From: Alphaproteobacteria bacterium
GTDB taxonomy: Bacteria > Pseudomonadota > Alphaproteobacteria > UBA8317
Direction: 5' to 3'
DNA: 64,000 nt
Assembly (NCBI GenBank): GCA_038131935.1
Contig: JAYPQH010000018.1
Coordinates: forward strand, 32,001 to 96,000
In this document: one piece after another, positions 43,345-52,793 of the stretch
Layout: every line of letters begins with the position of its first letter
Numbering within the stretch: position 1 is the first letter of the stretch
Made by a program: the position numbers and the translations under genes
Notes under the pieces: generated by a model
The model's input: the letters and a program-made list of their open reading frames with translations, nothing else
Database searches by the model: none
Told to the model about the DNA's origin: nothing

Positions 43345-44705
43345 GGCTGCTCGTCCTTCATCAGAAAGCCGGTCACCGACTGATCGGTTTTGACCACCTC
43401 TTGGGCCACCTTGGCCATGATTTCAGCGGTCACCTGTTTGATCCGAACGGGCCAATGGGACACATCATCCACATCACCACCTAAGGTCAGTGTGCGCGCA
43501 TACATGTCCCCTAAGGCCCCGACACTATCAAGGCCCAACAAAGCCCCTCCTGCTAAAGCTTTTTTGTCCAATTCAATCCGCTCAGGTTCAAATGTTTCTT
43601 GAACGGTTTGTTGAAGAAATTCCATAACATCATGATGCAAATCTTGAGGACTTACCCCCTCAACAGGAACCCCATAGACCACCAGATGACCATGATCACG
43701 GTAACGCCCCATGTAATAGACGCCCAATGACAACGCTGTTTTACGTTGGCGCACAAATTCCCGATGCAGCAGACCCGTGGGGTCATTTCCTAAATACCTG
43801 GCCAATATCTCCAATGCATGGGCTTCAACACCTGTTGCTGTAAAATAACTTGGGGCTGAAAAATAAGTTGTAAATTGTGGATTTCCGACACGTTTGTCTG
43901 TCATTGACACCACACGCGCAGCACGCAGTGGTGGCTCTGTGGGACGTTGATGCGCCATCACAGGCGTTTCCGAAGTGACATGGCCATAAGTCGCTTCAGC
44001 CAAGGCCAAGGCATCCTCCCCCGAAATATCACCTGCGACCACCAGTACCGCATTTCGGGGATGATAGAACTTCTTGTAAAAGGCCATAGCATCTTCAAGA
44101 TTTAGCTTTTCGATCTCCGAGCGCCAACCTATTAAGGGACGGCCATAAGGATGATTACGGTAAACCGTAGCATTCAATTCTTCGTAAAATAGAGATACCG
44201 CTCGAGAGTCTGTTCTTGTCGAGCGTTCCTCAAGAACCACGTCGCGTTCGGAGGCAACATCTTCTGGAAATAGCTGCAGATTAACCATTCGATCTGCTTC
44301 CATAGCCATAACTTTTTCAAGATGTGCAATGGGAATTCTTTGGTAATAAGCCGTCGCGTCGGCGGAGGTAAATGCGTTGTCTCGCCCCCCCATGTCGGCA
44401 ATGATTTTTGAAAATTGAGCATCAGGAATTGTCTTGGTTCCCTTAAACATCAGATGCTCCAAAAAGTGCGCCAATCCCGTTTTTCCAGCTTCTTCATCAG
44501 CAGCCCCAACTTTATAATACACAGCATGATAGGCCACAGGCGCCCGACGGTCCGTGATCACAATCATCGACATTCCATTGCTCAGCTGCGCGATAAACGG
44601 GCGCGGCAAGGGCTCAAAACGGCCATCCGCATGGGCCAACCCTTGATGCAAAATGACCATCATTACCCCCCAAACGATTGACAAAAGTCTACCCAAAACA
44701 GTCAT
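43341..44705 (-). CDS. M16 zinc peptidase, catalytic subunit
   Basis: GLAHFLEHLMFKGT, NAFTS.D.T.Y, HPYGRP.IGW; signal peptide. Confidence 0.93.
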   Translation of the reverse strand: MTVLGRLLSIVWGVMMVILHQGLAHADGRFEPLPRPFIAQLSNGMSMIVITDRRAPVAYHAVYYKVGAADEEAGKTGLAHFLEHLMFKGTKTIPDAQFSKIIADMGGRDNAFTSADATAYYQRIPIAHLEKVMAMEADRMVNLQLFPEDVASERDVVLEERSTRTDSRAVSLFYEELNATVYRNHPYGRPLIGWRSEIEKLNLEDAMAFYKKFYHPRNAVLVVAGDISGEDALALAEATYGHVTSETPVMAHQRPTEPPLRAARVVSMTDKRVGNPQFTTYFSAPSYFTATGVEAHALEILARYLGNDPTGLLHREFVRQRKTALSLGVYYMGRYRDHGHLVVYGVPVEGVSPQDLHHDVMEFLQQTVQETFEPERIELDKKALAGGALLGLDSVGALGDMYARTLTLGGDVDDVSHWPVRIKQVTAEIMAKVAQEVVKTDQSVTGFLMKDEQP

Positions 44706-44820
44706 AGCCCCCCCACAACATTTTGATGGAACTGCTTCACCACCGCCTATTCATGTGGGCAGGACACTAAAGAAAACAAGACTCGCTGTGACAAGTTTCA
44801 CCGCAAGATGTTAGAATTTT

Positions 44821-45327
44821 TCACTTGGTTGGAAGCGCCGGGACATCACCTTGATCGAGCGGCTGGCCATCACGCTTTTGTTGTTCAATGCGTGCGCGCT
44901 CCTTGGTGGTGTCAACAACAGCGTTTGTTACCCCAACACGGCCCAAGGCTTTATCCAGAACAGTCTTTCCACGAGCCTCAATACGGGCTGTTTCTTTGTC
45001 TATCTCAGCGCGGATATTGCCGTCTAATTTGTCGACGCCTAAGCGTTGTAACAACCGCATCTCTGCAGCAGATAGATCTTTTTGTTCAGTTTGCCCTAGG
45101 ATTTCTGAAGTTTTCCTGTCTGCAGCTGAGGGCATGTATTGCACAGGGGTCTCTACATCATTTGGCCTTAATGTATAATCCGGCGGCAAGGTGAGCGGCG
45201 CGCGCGGTTGCACCATGAATTCATCAGGACTGGAACGCTCTAAAAAATTGAACTCCCTCGCCCCGCATGATGCCAATAACATCAAGCAAGACAGAGCCAA
45301 TACCAGGTGAGAAGATCTATTCATCAT
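44821..45327 (-). CDS. DUF3035 family lipoprotein
   Basis: Lipobox LASC; PDEF.V..RAPL.LPPDY.LRP. Confidence 0.85.
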   Translation of the reverse strand: MMNRSSHLVLALSCLMLLASCGAREFNFLERSSPDEFMVQPRAPLTLPPDYTLRPNDVETPVQYMPSAADRKTSEILGQTEQKDLSAAEMRLLQRLGVDKLDGNIRAEIDKETARIEARGKTVLDKALGRVGVTNAVVDTTKERARIEQQKRDGQPLDQGDVPALPTK

Positions 45328-45803
45328 GTTGTTTTTCTCCATCACGGCTGGGCAAGAGTCCAAGGCTACTGATCAGCAGCAGCATAACCCCCATAGATAT
45401 TCCTATATCAGCAACGTTGAAAGCCCAAAAATGCCACCCTTGAACATGAAAGTCGAGGAAATCAACAACGCCACCATGAACAAACCTATCAAACCCGTTA
45501 CCCCAGGCACCACCTGCTATCAAGCAGTAGCCCCAACGTTCCCAAGATGACGAACCACGTGCCAGCCATATCAATACGCCCCCGACAACCCAGGCCAATG
45601 ATCCCATCAAAAATGGCCCATCCATGTTCTTGCGCCAACATACCGAATGAGACACCTTTGTTGTAGACAAGCACAACATTGAAAAAATCAGTCACCATCC
45701 AATAGGGCATGTCCAATGAGGTAAGCCAAGCAATAACAATCCATTTGCTCAATTGATCGAGCACAAAGACAATCGGCGCAATCAAAATCCAGTAAGGCAA
45801 CAT
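45317..45803 (-). CDS. lspA: Lipoprotein signal peptidase II (frameshift near 45609-45619)
   Basis: DQLSK and N.GVSFG in one frame; GGA.GN..DR...G.VVDF and FNVAD in the next. Confidence 0.93.
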
Positions 45804-48677
45804 TCAAACCACAGCATCATCACAGCGCCTGCACAAAGATGCCGGCTCAATATGGTCATAATGATGGGGGTGAACATCTGGCGCATGTGTCCAACAACGT
45901 CCACAGCGCTCAGCGTTCACTCCATGCTGCAGACACCTTCAGACCTGAAATATCCTCTACCGAAAATGCAGCCTCGGCATTTCCCTTCTCCCAACGCACT
46001 GAGGAGACCAATGCCAATTCAGCCATGGACATATGCTCCTCTAATGAGGACCAATTCTCGCTATCATACAAAACCAGCTCAGCCTCTAATGCACCACCAA
46101 GAATATTTTGAGAGCGCGCCTCCTCAATAGCTCCCAACATAACCTTCCGTGCTGAAAGCAGACGACCAAAAATTTTATCTGCTTCATCATCACGCAATGC
46201 CTGCCCTAAGTCTGCAAGGTCTGTGAGATGAACAGACGCATCTTCACCGTGGCGTGCCATAAAAGCTTCCTCAGTGGTGAAAGGTAATATGGGTGCCAAC
46301 CAACGCACCAAACGTTCAAACAAGATATCCAAGACATAAAGACAAGCCTGACGACGTGGACTATCCTTAGCGTCGCAGTAAAGCGCATCCTTTCGAATAT
46401 CAAAATACATAGCTGAAAGATCGACCGTGCAAAAATTATAGATGGCATGAAAGGCTTTCGCAAAATCATACTGCACAAAGGCTTTTTGTACCAAATCATC
46501 CAAACCATGAAGCCTATGCAGGATGGCTCTTTCCAAAACCGGCATGTTTGCTGGCTTTTGGTTGGATGGACGATGGCCTCCTAAATTCCCCAAAAGGTAT
46601 CTTAACGTGTTGCGTATTTTTCTATAGGCATCGGTATGTGTTTTAGAATCTCACTGCCAATACGCAGATCTTCACGATAATCTCAAGATGCCAACCATAA
46701 CCGCAAAATATCAGCGCCTGACTCGTTTATAACTTTCTCAGGCGCGGTAATATTTCCTAAACTTTTCGACATCTTGCGGCCTTGTTCATCAAGCACAAAG
46801 CCATGTGTCAAAACTTGCTTGTAAGGCGCCTGACCCCTTGTCCCGCAAGCTTGCAGAAGTGAAGATTGGAACCATCCTCGATGTTGATCTGATCCTTCTA
46901 AGTATAAATCAGCAGGCCATGTAAGATCTTCCCTGGCTTCCAGGACAAATGCATGGGTCGAACCTGAATCGAACCAAACATCAAGAATATCTTTGACCTG
47001 TTCATAATCATCAGGATCATAATTTGGCCCTAAGAAATCTGCAGCTGGTCGGGCAAACCAAGCATCAGAACCTTCTTTGGTAAAGATATCACGAATACGT
47101 TCATATATCTCATCGTCCACCAATAGCTGATGTGTCTTTTTATGCACAAACAGCGGCATCGGTACGCCCCATGCACGCTGCCGGGACAACAACCAGTCTG
47201 GGCGAGATGCCACCATGGTCTGCAAACGCCGACGCCCACTCTCTGGGAAAAAAGCTGTCTGCTCGATAGCCCGTAACGCACGATCACGAACACCATCTTC
47301 GCCTGGTTGCCCCATCGCAATGAACCATTGATCGGTATTGCGGTAAATCAATGGGGCTTTTGAACGCCAGGAATGCGGGTAGGAATGCTTTAACCGACCC
47401 CTGGCCATCAACCTTCCCATTTGCATCAAGGCTGCGATGACCTTTTCATTCGCATCACCTGTTTTGCCTTTTTGGGTATAGACCCTCGCCCCTTCAAATC
47501 CGGGGGCTTCATGGGTGTAGACCCCAGCCTCATCCACAGCCTTAGGCAAGCGGTCTGTACCGCATGCTCTGAAGCGATCTAAGTTGGCCCGGTATAGGGC
47601 GAAGTCATCAATACCATGTCCAGGAGCCATATGCACAAAGCCTGTACCCTGCTCATCAGTCACAAAATCACCGGGCAGCACAGGAACGTCGAAACTATAC
47701 CCGCTCATGCCCTCAGGCCAGTGCCGCAAGGGATGCTCGACTTTGCCGATGGTGCTGGGATCAACATCATGGCAACGCGAATAGGCATCAACACGCGCGG
47801 CAGCGAACGCTGCAGGAGCCAGTTTGTCTGCACATAAAATACGGCTACCGACCTTGAGCCAGTTATCCTCAGCTGCTTGTGTTACTTCATAAAGACCATA
47901 GGAAAGGTCCGCACCATAAGCGATGCCCCTATTGGCAGGTAGTGTCCAAGGTGTTGTTGTCCAAATCACAAGATCTGCATCGGTAAGCCCATCCTCACGC
48001 TTACCGAGGGGAAAGCGCACAAACACCGTGGTTGAGAGGTGCTCATGATATTCCACCTCAGCTTCAGCAAGTGCGGTTTGTTCGACCACAGACCACATCA
48101 CTGGTTTGTCCCCACGATAGAGTTGCCCTGTCCTGGCAAAATGCAGAAGCTCAGATGCAATGGTTGCCTCTGCGGGATAGGTCATGGTGGTGTAAGGAGT
48201 TTCCCAATCACCCAAAACCCCCATGCGTTGGAATTCCGCTGATTGAATGTCTAGCCAATGCTCTGCAAACTGCCGGCATTCACGACGAAATTCAACAATA
48301 TCAACTTCGTTTTTATCTTTGCCTTTCGAACGATAGCCCTCTTCCACCTTCCATTCGATGGGCAAACCATGGCAGTCCCAACCAGGAACATAGTTCGCAT
48401 TTTTTCCCAACATTTGCTGTGATCGGGTGATCATATCTTTCAAAATCTTATTGAGGGCATGTCCTATATGCAGGTGGCCATTGGCATAGGGCGGGCCATC
48501 ATGCAGAACGAAAGGCTCACGTCCTTTTGACTGAGCGCGTTGGCGGGCATAAAGGCCCATATCATCCCAGCGCTTGAGCAATTTTGGTTCTAATTTTGGC
48601 AAGCCTGCCCGCATCGAAAAATCTGTTACAGGCAAATGAATCGTTTGTTTCAGCGGCATACGCCCGTCGTCAGTCAT
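45804..48677 (-). CDS. ileS: Isoleucine--tRNA ligase (in-frame TGA at 46683-46685 plus frameshifts near 46641 and 45910-45945)
   Basis: [36 protein letters not shown]; manual reading recovers [15 protein letters not shown] and C-terminal Zn finger CGRCW...CRRC ending at TGA 45804. Confidence 0.95.
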
Positions 48678-48835
48678 CAAGAACAATCCTTATGTCTTTT
48701 TTTGTGGCTTCCAAAACGTTTCTTGCAGCCCACATGCTCACTATGTTGCGTTGGGCTATAGCAGGGCTAGAATTCACACGACAAGACATCTCGTGGTGGA
48801 AAAGCACTGGCGGACAAATCTAGCTCAACTTGGCA

Positions 48836-49336
48836 TCATAGCGGGGCTTTGGAATTGATTGGCTGTGAAAATTGCAAAGGACAAATCCCAGGAAAATAGA
48901 TCCATGTGTCTTGGGACACTTCTGTCACGAAGCTATCCACCAGCGGTTTACCCGCAGGCTTGGCATAGACGGTGGCCAAATGGCATTGGGGCAAACGTTG
49001 TTTCACAAAAGCAGCTGTGGCGCCACTGTCCACAAGATCGTCGACAACCAAAAGCCCTTTTCCGTCTGGATGTGCATCACACAAATGGGTAGCAATATCC
49101 TTGATCAGTACTGGCTCACGCAACTTTTGATGATCATAAGCAGAGACACCTAAGGTTTCTACAACGCGGATGCCAAGCTCTCGAGCCATAATCGCTGCTG
49201 GTACCAAACCGCCCCTCGTGATTGCGACGATGGCTGTAAATTCTTGACCTGCCAAACGCCAGGCTAATGCCCGAGCGTCTCGATGCAGTTGTTCCCACCC
49301 CACAGGAAAAGCTTTTACCGGTTGTTCATTTTCCAT
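48836..49336 (-). CDS. gpt: Xanthine phosphoribosyltransferase
   Basis: [45 protein letters not shown]. Confidence 0.93.
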   Translation of the reverse strand: MENEQPVKAFPVGWEQLHRDARALAWRLAGQEFTAIVAITRGGLVPAAIMARELGIRVVETLGVSAYDHQKLREPVLIKDIATHLCDAHPDGKGLLVVDDLVDSGATAAFVKQRLPQCHLATVYAKPAGKPLVDSFVTEVSQDTWIYFPGICPLQFSQPINSKAPL

Positions 49337-49378
49337 TGTCCCCGCGTCCTCTCTCAATCTTCTATTCAGCACAACTTG

Positions 49379-50257
49379 TTACACGCCCACATAAGCCACC
49401 ATCAATGGCAACCCCAAAATCATCATCACACTTGAGACAAATACGATGCCTGCCACGCGTTCCGGACTTCTATTATAGGTTGTGGCAAAAACAAAATTGA
49501 AGACCGCGACAGGCATGCTAGCTTGCAACAACAATACCCCCCGCATCACCCCATCAATCTCTAGAAAATCGCAAATAAGATGTGCGAGGGTTAAAAAAAC
49601 GACCAACCTTAAGATGGCAAAACCCAAAGCGGGCATGATATCAGAGGGACGCATCCGCGCCAAGGACACCCCTAAAGTCATCAACATCATCGGGATGACA
49701 AAAGATCCAGCCAGGCTCACGGAGTTGGCAATAGCCTGGGGAAGCTCAATTCCCAACAATACCACGGTGATGCCGGCAACGCCTGCATAAGGAAGCGGTA
49801 AGGACACCACAGAGCGCAGCGAGTTTTGTCCTGTGTAAATGGCATTGCCAATGGTGAAAAACATCATGGACTGCACAACAAAAAAGGATATCCCGTAGGC
49901 CAATCCTTCTCCGCCATATGCAAAAAGACAAACGGACAGGCCTAAGTTGCCACCATTGCCGATAACAAATGGACAGAGATAGGTCCTGATTGGCATATTC
50001 AACGACCAAAAAATGATCGCCCCAATAATTCCCCCCCCAACATGCAGCAACACTGAGGCCAACAACATAGCTTCAAGATGTTGAGATGAAATATCGGCCA
50101 TGGCCAACGTAGAAAACACCAAAAAAGGAACACCGACAAAGGTTACGATTTTACCCACAAACACAGTGGGGTAATCTTGCCCTGAGCGTGACCACAGAAA
50201 CCCAATCAAAACCATAAAAAAGGTTGGGAGCACGACAGGAAGTATTTGTTGAACCAT
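49379..50257 (-). CDS. AEC (auxin efflux carrier) family permease
   Basis: About 10 TM; P.LVFS, N.GNLGL....AYG, P.ML.TLG.SL, MPVAVFN. Confidence 0.85.
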   Translation of the reverse strand: MVQQILPVVLPTFFMVLIGFLWSRSGQDYPTVFVGKIVTFVGVPFLVFSTLAMADISSQHLEAMLLASVLLHVGGGIIGAIIFWSLNMPIRTYLCPFVIGNGGNLGLSVCLFAYGGEGLAYGISFFVVQSMMFFTIGNAIYTGQNSLRSVVSLPLPYAGVAGITVVLLGIELPQAIANSVSLAGSFVIPMMLMTLGVSLARMRPSDIMPALGFAILRLVVFLTLAHLICDFLEIDGVMRGVLLLQASMPVAVFNFVFATTYNRSPERVAGIVFVSSVMMILGLPLMVAYVGV

Positions 50258-50438
50258 GATTGGAACCCATTCAAGAAGAGGAGATTGCTGGTAGGACCAA
50301 GCTATCACAGGTTACCCCCAAAGCATGTGCCCAGTGAAATAGCAACATGGCCTCAACATTTTCTATTGCTCTTATCGCCAGTTGCATTAAATACGTACCT
50401 GGCTATTGCCGTTTTCATGAATTACATAGGGAGTTAGC

Positions 50439-51524
50439 ATGGATCGTCGTTCATTTATGAAAGGCGCGGGTCTTGCCGCAGCAAGCACCGCCCTTGTCAC
50501 ACCTGCCATCGCGCAAGAGCGTGTCAGTATCACAATGGTTGCCACTTGGGGTCGCGATTTCCCAGGTCTTGGCACAGGCGCCCAGCGCTTCGCTGCAAGC
50601 CTTTCTGAAGTATCCGATGGCCGTATTCAGGTAGAATACTTTGCTGCCAACGAGCGCGTTGCAGCTTTTGACTCATTTGATGAAGTCGCCTCAGGAAATG
50701 CCCAAGCTTATCACGGTGCTGAATATTATTGGAAAGGTAAGCATCCTGGCTTTGCCTATTTCACAGCGGTACCATTTGGGTTCACAAACTTGGAATTAAA
50801 TGCTTGGATCCGCTATGGTGGTGGTCAAGAATTGTGGGACAAACTTGCTGCTGAATTTGGCACAAAAGCTATGATGTGTGGCAACACAGGCGTTCAGGCT
50901 GGTGGTTGGTTCAACAAGGAAATCAACTCTGGCGAAGATCTCAAAGGTCTTAAGTTCCGTATGCCAGGTCTTGGCGGCGACGTGCTCGGTAAAGTTGGAG
51001 CGTCTCCAGTATCACTTCCAGGTGGTCAAATTTACGAAAACCTCGTTTCTGGTGCCATTGATGGTTGTGAATGGGTAGGACCATGGAATGATGAAGCCAT
51101 GAAGTTCCATGAAGCCGCAAAATATTATTATCTTGCCGGCATGCATGAGCCAGGTGGTTCATTGGCAACAGGCTTTAACCTAGATTTCTGGAACAGCCTC
51201 ACCAACTCAGACCGCGCGATGATTGAGCATTGTGCTGCTGCAGCTAACGACATTATCGCAGCAGAATTCAATGCGAAGAATGGTGACGCATTGGCGCGCT
51301 TGATCAATGATCATGGTGTTCAATTGCGTGAATTCAACGATGATGTATGGGATACATTGGCAGAAGGTGCCGTTGCGGTTCGCGAAGATGTGCGCGCCCA
51401 CTCTCCTTTGGCCAAAGAAATCGATGAAAGCTTTGCAAAAGGCATCCGTGATATCGGCAAATGGTATGCGGATTCCAATGCTGGCTATGTGCGCCAGCGT
51501 CAGCGTATTTTTGGCGAAGGCTAA
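50439..51524 (+). CDS. dctP: TRAP solute-binding protein, TakP/FcbT1-like, Tat-exported
   Basis: MDRRSF Tat signal, YYWKGK, GNTG.Q.GGWF.KEI, KFRMPGLGG (carboxylate-binding Arg), EWVGP.ND, HEPG. Confidence 0.92.
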   Translation: MDRRSFMKGAGLAAASTALVTPAIAQERVSITMVATWGRDFPGLGTGAQRFAASLSEVSDGRIQVEYFAANERVAAFDSFDEVASGNAQAYHGAEYYWKGKHPGFAYFTAVPFGFTNLELNAWIRYGGGQELWDKLAAEFGTKAMMCGNTGVQAGGWFNKEINSGEDLKGLKFRMPGLGGDVLGKVGASPVSLPGGQIYENLVSGAIDGCEWVGPWNDEAMKFHEAAKYYYLAGMHEPGGSLATGFNLDFWNSLTNSDRAMIEHCAAAANDIIAAEFNAKNGDALARLINDHGVQLREFNDDVWDTLAEGAVAVREDVRAHSPLAKEIDESFAKGIRDIGKWYADSNAGYVRQRQRIFGEG

Positions 51525-51534
51525 TCATTTTATG

Positions 51535-51561
51535 AGGTGGAACCGATGCGTTCCACCTTTT
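51535..51561 (+). terminator. Terminator/stabilising hairpin after dctP
   Basis: AGGTGGAAC-CGATGC-GTTCCACCT followed by TTT. Confidence 0.7.
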
Positions 51562-51632
51562 CCCCAACCGGCGTCCCAGATGACTTGATGGTTGCGACGC
51601 TTTGGGAAAGTGCTTTTTGTAAGCCCTCACTC

Positions 51633-51667
51633 AAAACAACATGAAGAAAAACAATATGAAGAAAAAC
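51633..51667. repeat. 15-bp tandem direct repeat (2.3 copies)
   Basis: AAAACAACATGAAGA / AAAACAATATGAAGA / AAAAC. Confidence 0.75.
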
Positions 51668-51668
51668 C

Positions 51669-51684
51669 TTGACGAATTTCGTCA
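51669..51684 (+). promoter_or_regulatory. Palindromic candidate operator overlapping a -35 element upstream of dctQ
   Basis: TGACGAA-T-TTCGTCA perfect 7-1-7 inverted repeat overlapping TTGACG. Confidence 0.5.
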
Positions 51685-51732
51685 TATGGTTGTTTAAGCC
51701 TGCCATTCTCTTGTGATCATGGTGACAAACAA

Positions 51733-52761
51733 ATGCCCCAAACACCCGCATCATCGCCACTTATTTGGAAGCCGGTAATTTTATACATTGTCGAAGCCAG
51801 TGCTTGGCTTGCTGTTGTCTACACCATCAACACGATGCTTGTTCATGCAGGAGACTTTCCAGGCTTGTTTGGGATGTTGAAGGCCCTTGGCATGTCAACC
51901 TTAGATGCACAACCACCCTCCAATGGCCTGCACTGGGCTGTAGGGTCCATACAGTTGGCAAGTTATGCTCTGGCTCTCATATGGCCCCTTCAGCAAAATA
52001 AATCTTACGGCAGCCAAACATTAACCGAATGCAAGGAGCGCATGTCTGAATGCGCCAGTTATATCGTTGCGGCAGCCTTTTTTGCAGTGGTGTTGATTGG
52101 TCTGGTTGACGCCATTATTTCCTTCCTGCGGGTCGAGAATTTATTTGTTCCTTTGTTTGGGGAAGCGTTGGACCAACAAATGGGTCGGGCTATTACCCGT
52201 GGGATGTATGTTCAAATGCCATTATTGGCGTTGAGTTTTGTTCTCGCCCTGATGCTCAGAGGTCAGGCTTTTGTTTGGTTGGCCTCGATGGTTGTTTTAT
52301 CTGAACTTACCATTGTTATCTCGCGTTTTGTGTTTTCTTATGAACAAGCCTTCATGGGTGATCTTGTGCGGTTCTGGTATGCTGGCTTGTTTTTGTTTGC
52401 GAGTGCCTACACCTTGCTGCATGATGGCCATGTTCGCGTCGATGTTCTGTATGCACGCTTTTCTGAACAAGCCAAAGCGCGGACCAATATTTTTGGTTCA
52501 CTTCTGCTAGGCCTTCCTCTTTGTTGGGCCATTTTGCTTCGTGGGCTCTGGTCGAAATCTTCGATGATTTCATCACCCTTGACCAATTTTGAAATCTCAC
52601 AATCGGGTGCCGGCATGTTTGTTAAATATCTCATGGCTGGCTTTTTGTTGATTTTTGTTCTTTCGATGTTGTTTCAATTTGCAGGCTTTGTTGCAGACTA
52701 CTTAAGGCGATTTGAGTCTGATTTTGAGCCAGAAGAGGCCCCGACGCCTGTAGCACATTAA
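51733..52761 (+). CDS. dctQ: TRAP small permease subunit, N-terminally extended (342 aa)
   Basis: C-terminal DctQ motifs (RFVFSYEQ, AYTL...GHVRVDVLY) preceded by extra TM segments. Confidence 0.85.
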   Translation: MPQTPASSPLIWKPVILYIVEASAWLAVVYTINTMLVHAGDFPGLFGMLKALGMSTLDAQPPSNGLHWAVGSIQLASYALALIWPLQQNKSYGSQTLTECKERMSECASYIVAAAFFAVVLIGLVDAIISFLRVENLFVPLFGEALDQQMGRAITRGMYVQMPLLALSFVLALMLRGQAFVWLASMVVLSELTIVISRFVFSYEQAFMGDLVRFWYAGLFLFASAYTLLHDGHVRVDVLYARFSEQAKARTNIFGSLLLGLPLCWAILLRGLWSKSSMISSPLTNFEISQSGAGMFVKYLMAGFLLIFVLSMLFQFAGFVADYLRRFESDFEPEEAPTPVAH

Positions 52762-52793
52762 CCCACCACCCCTAAGTTGAGGGATCAGTTTCT

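Noticed and set aside
46683-46685. Genome-wide UGA reassignment or selenocysteine in IleRS
   Set aside because: TGA ends many genes normally here (smc, thrB, ubiD, metF), Trp is TGG, the site is non-catalytic and no SECIS-like hairpin is obvious.
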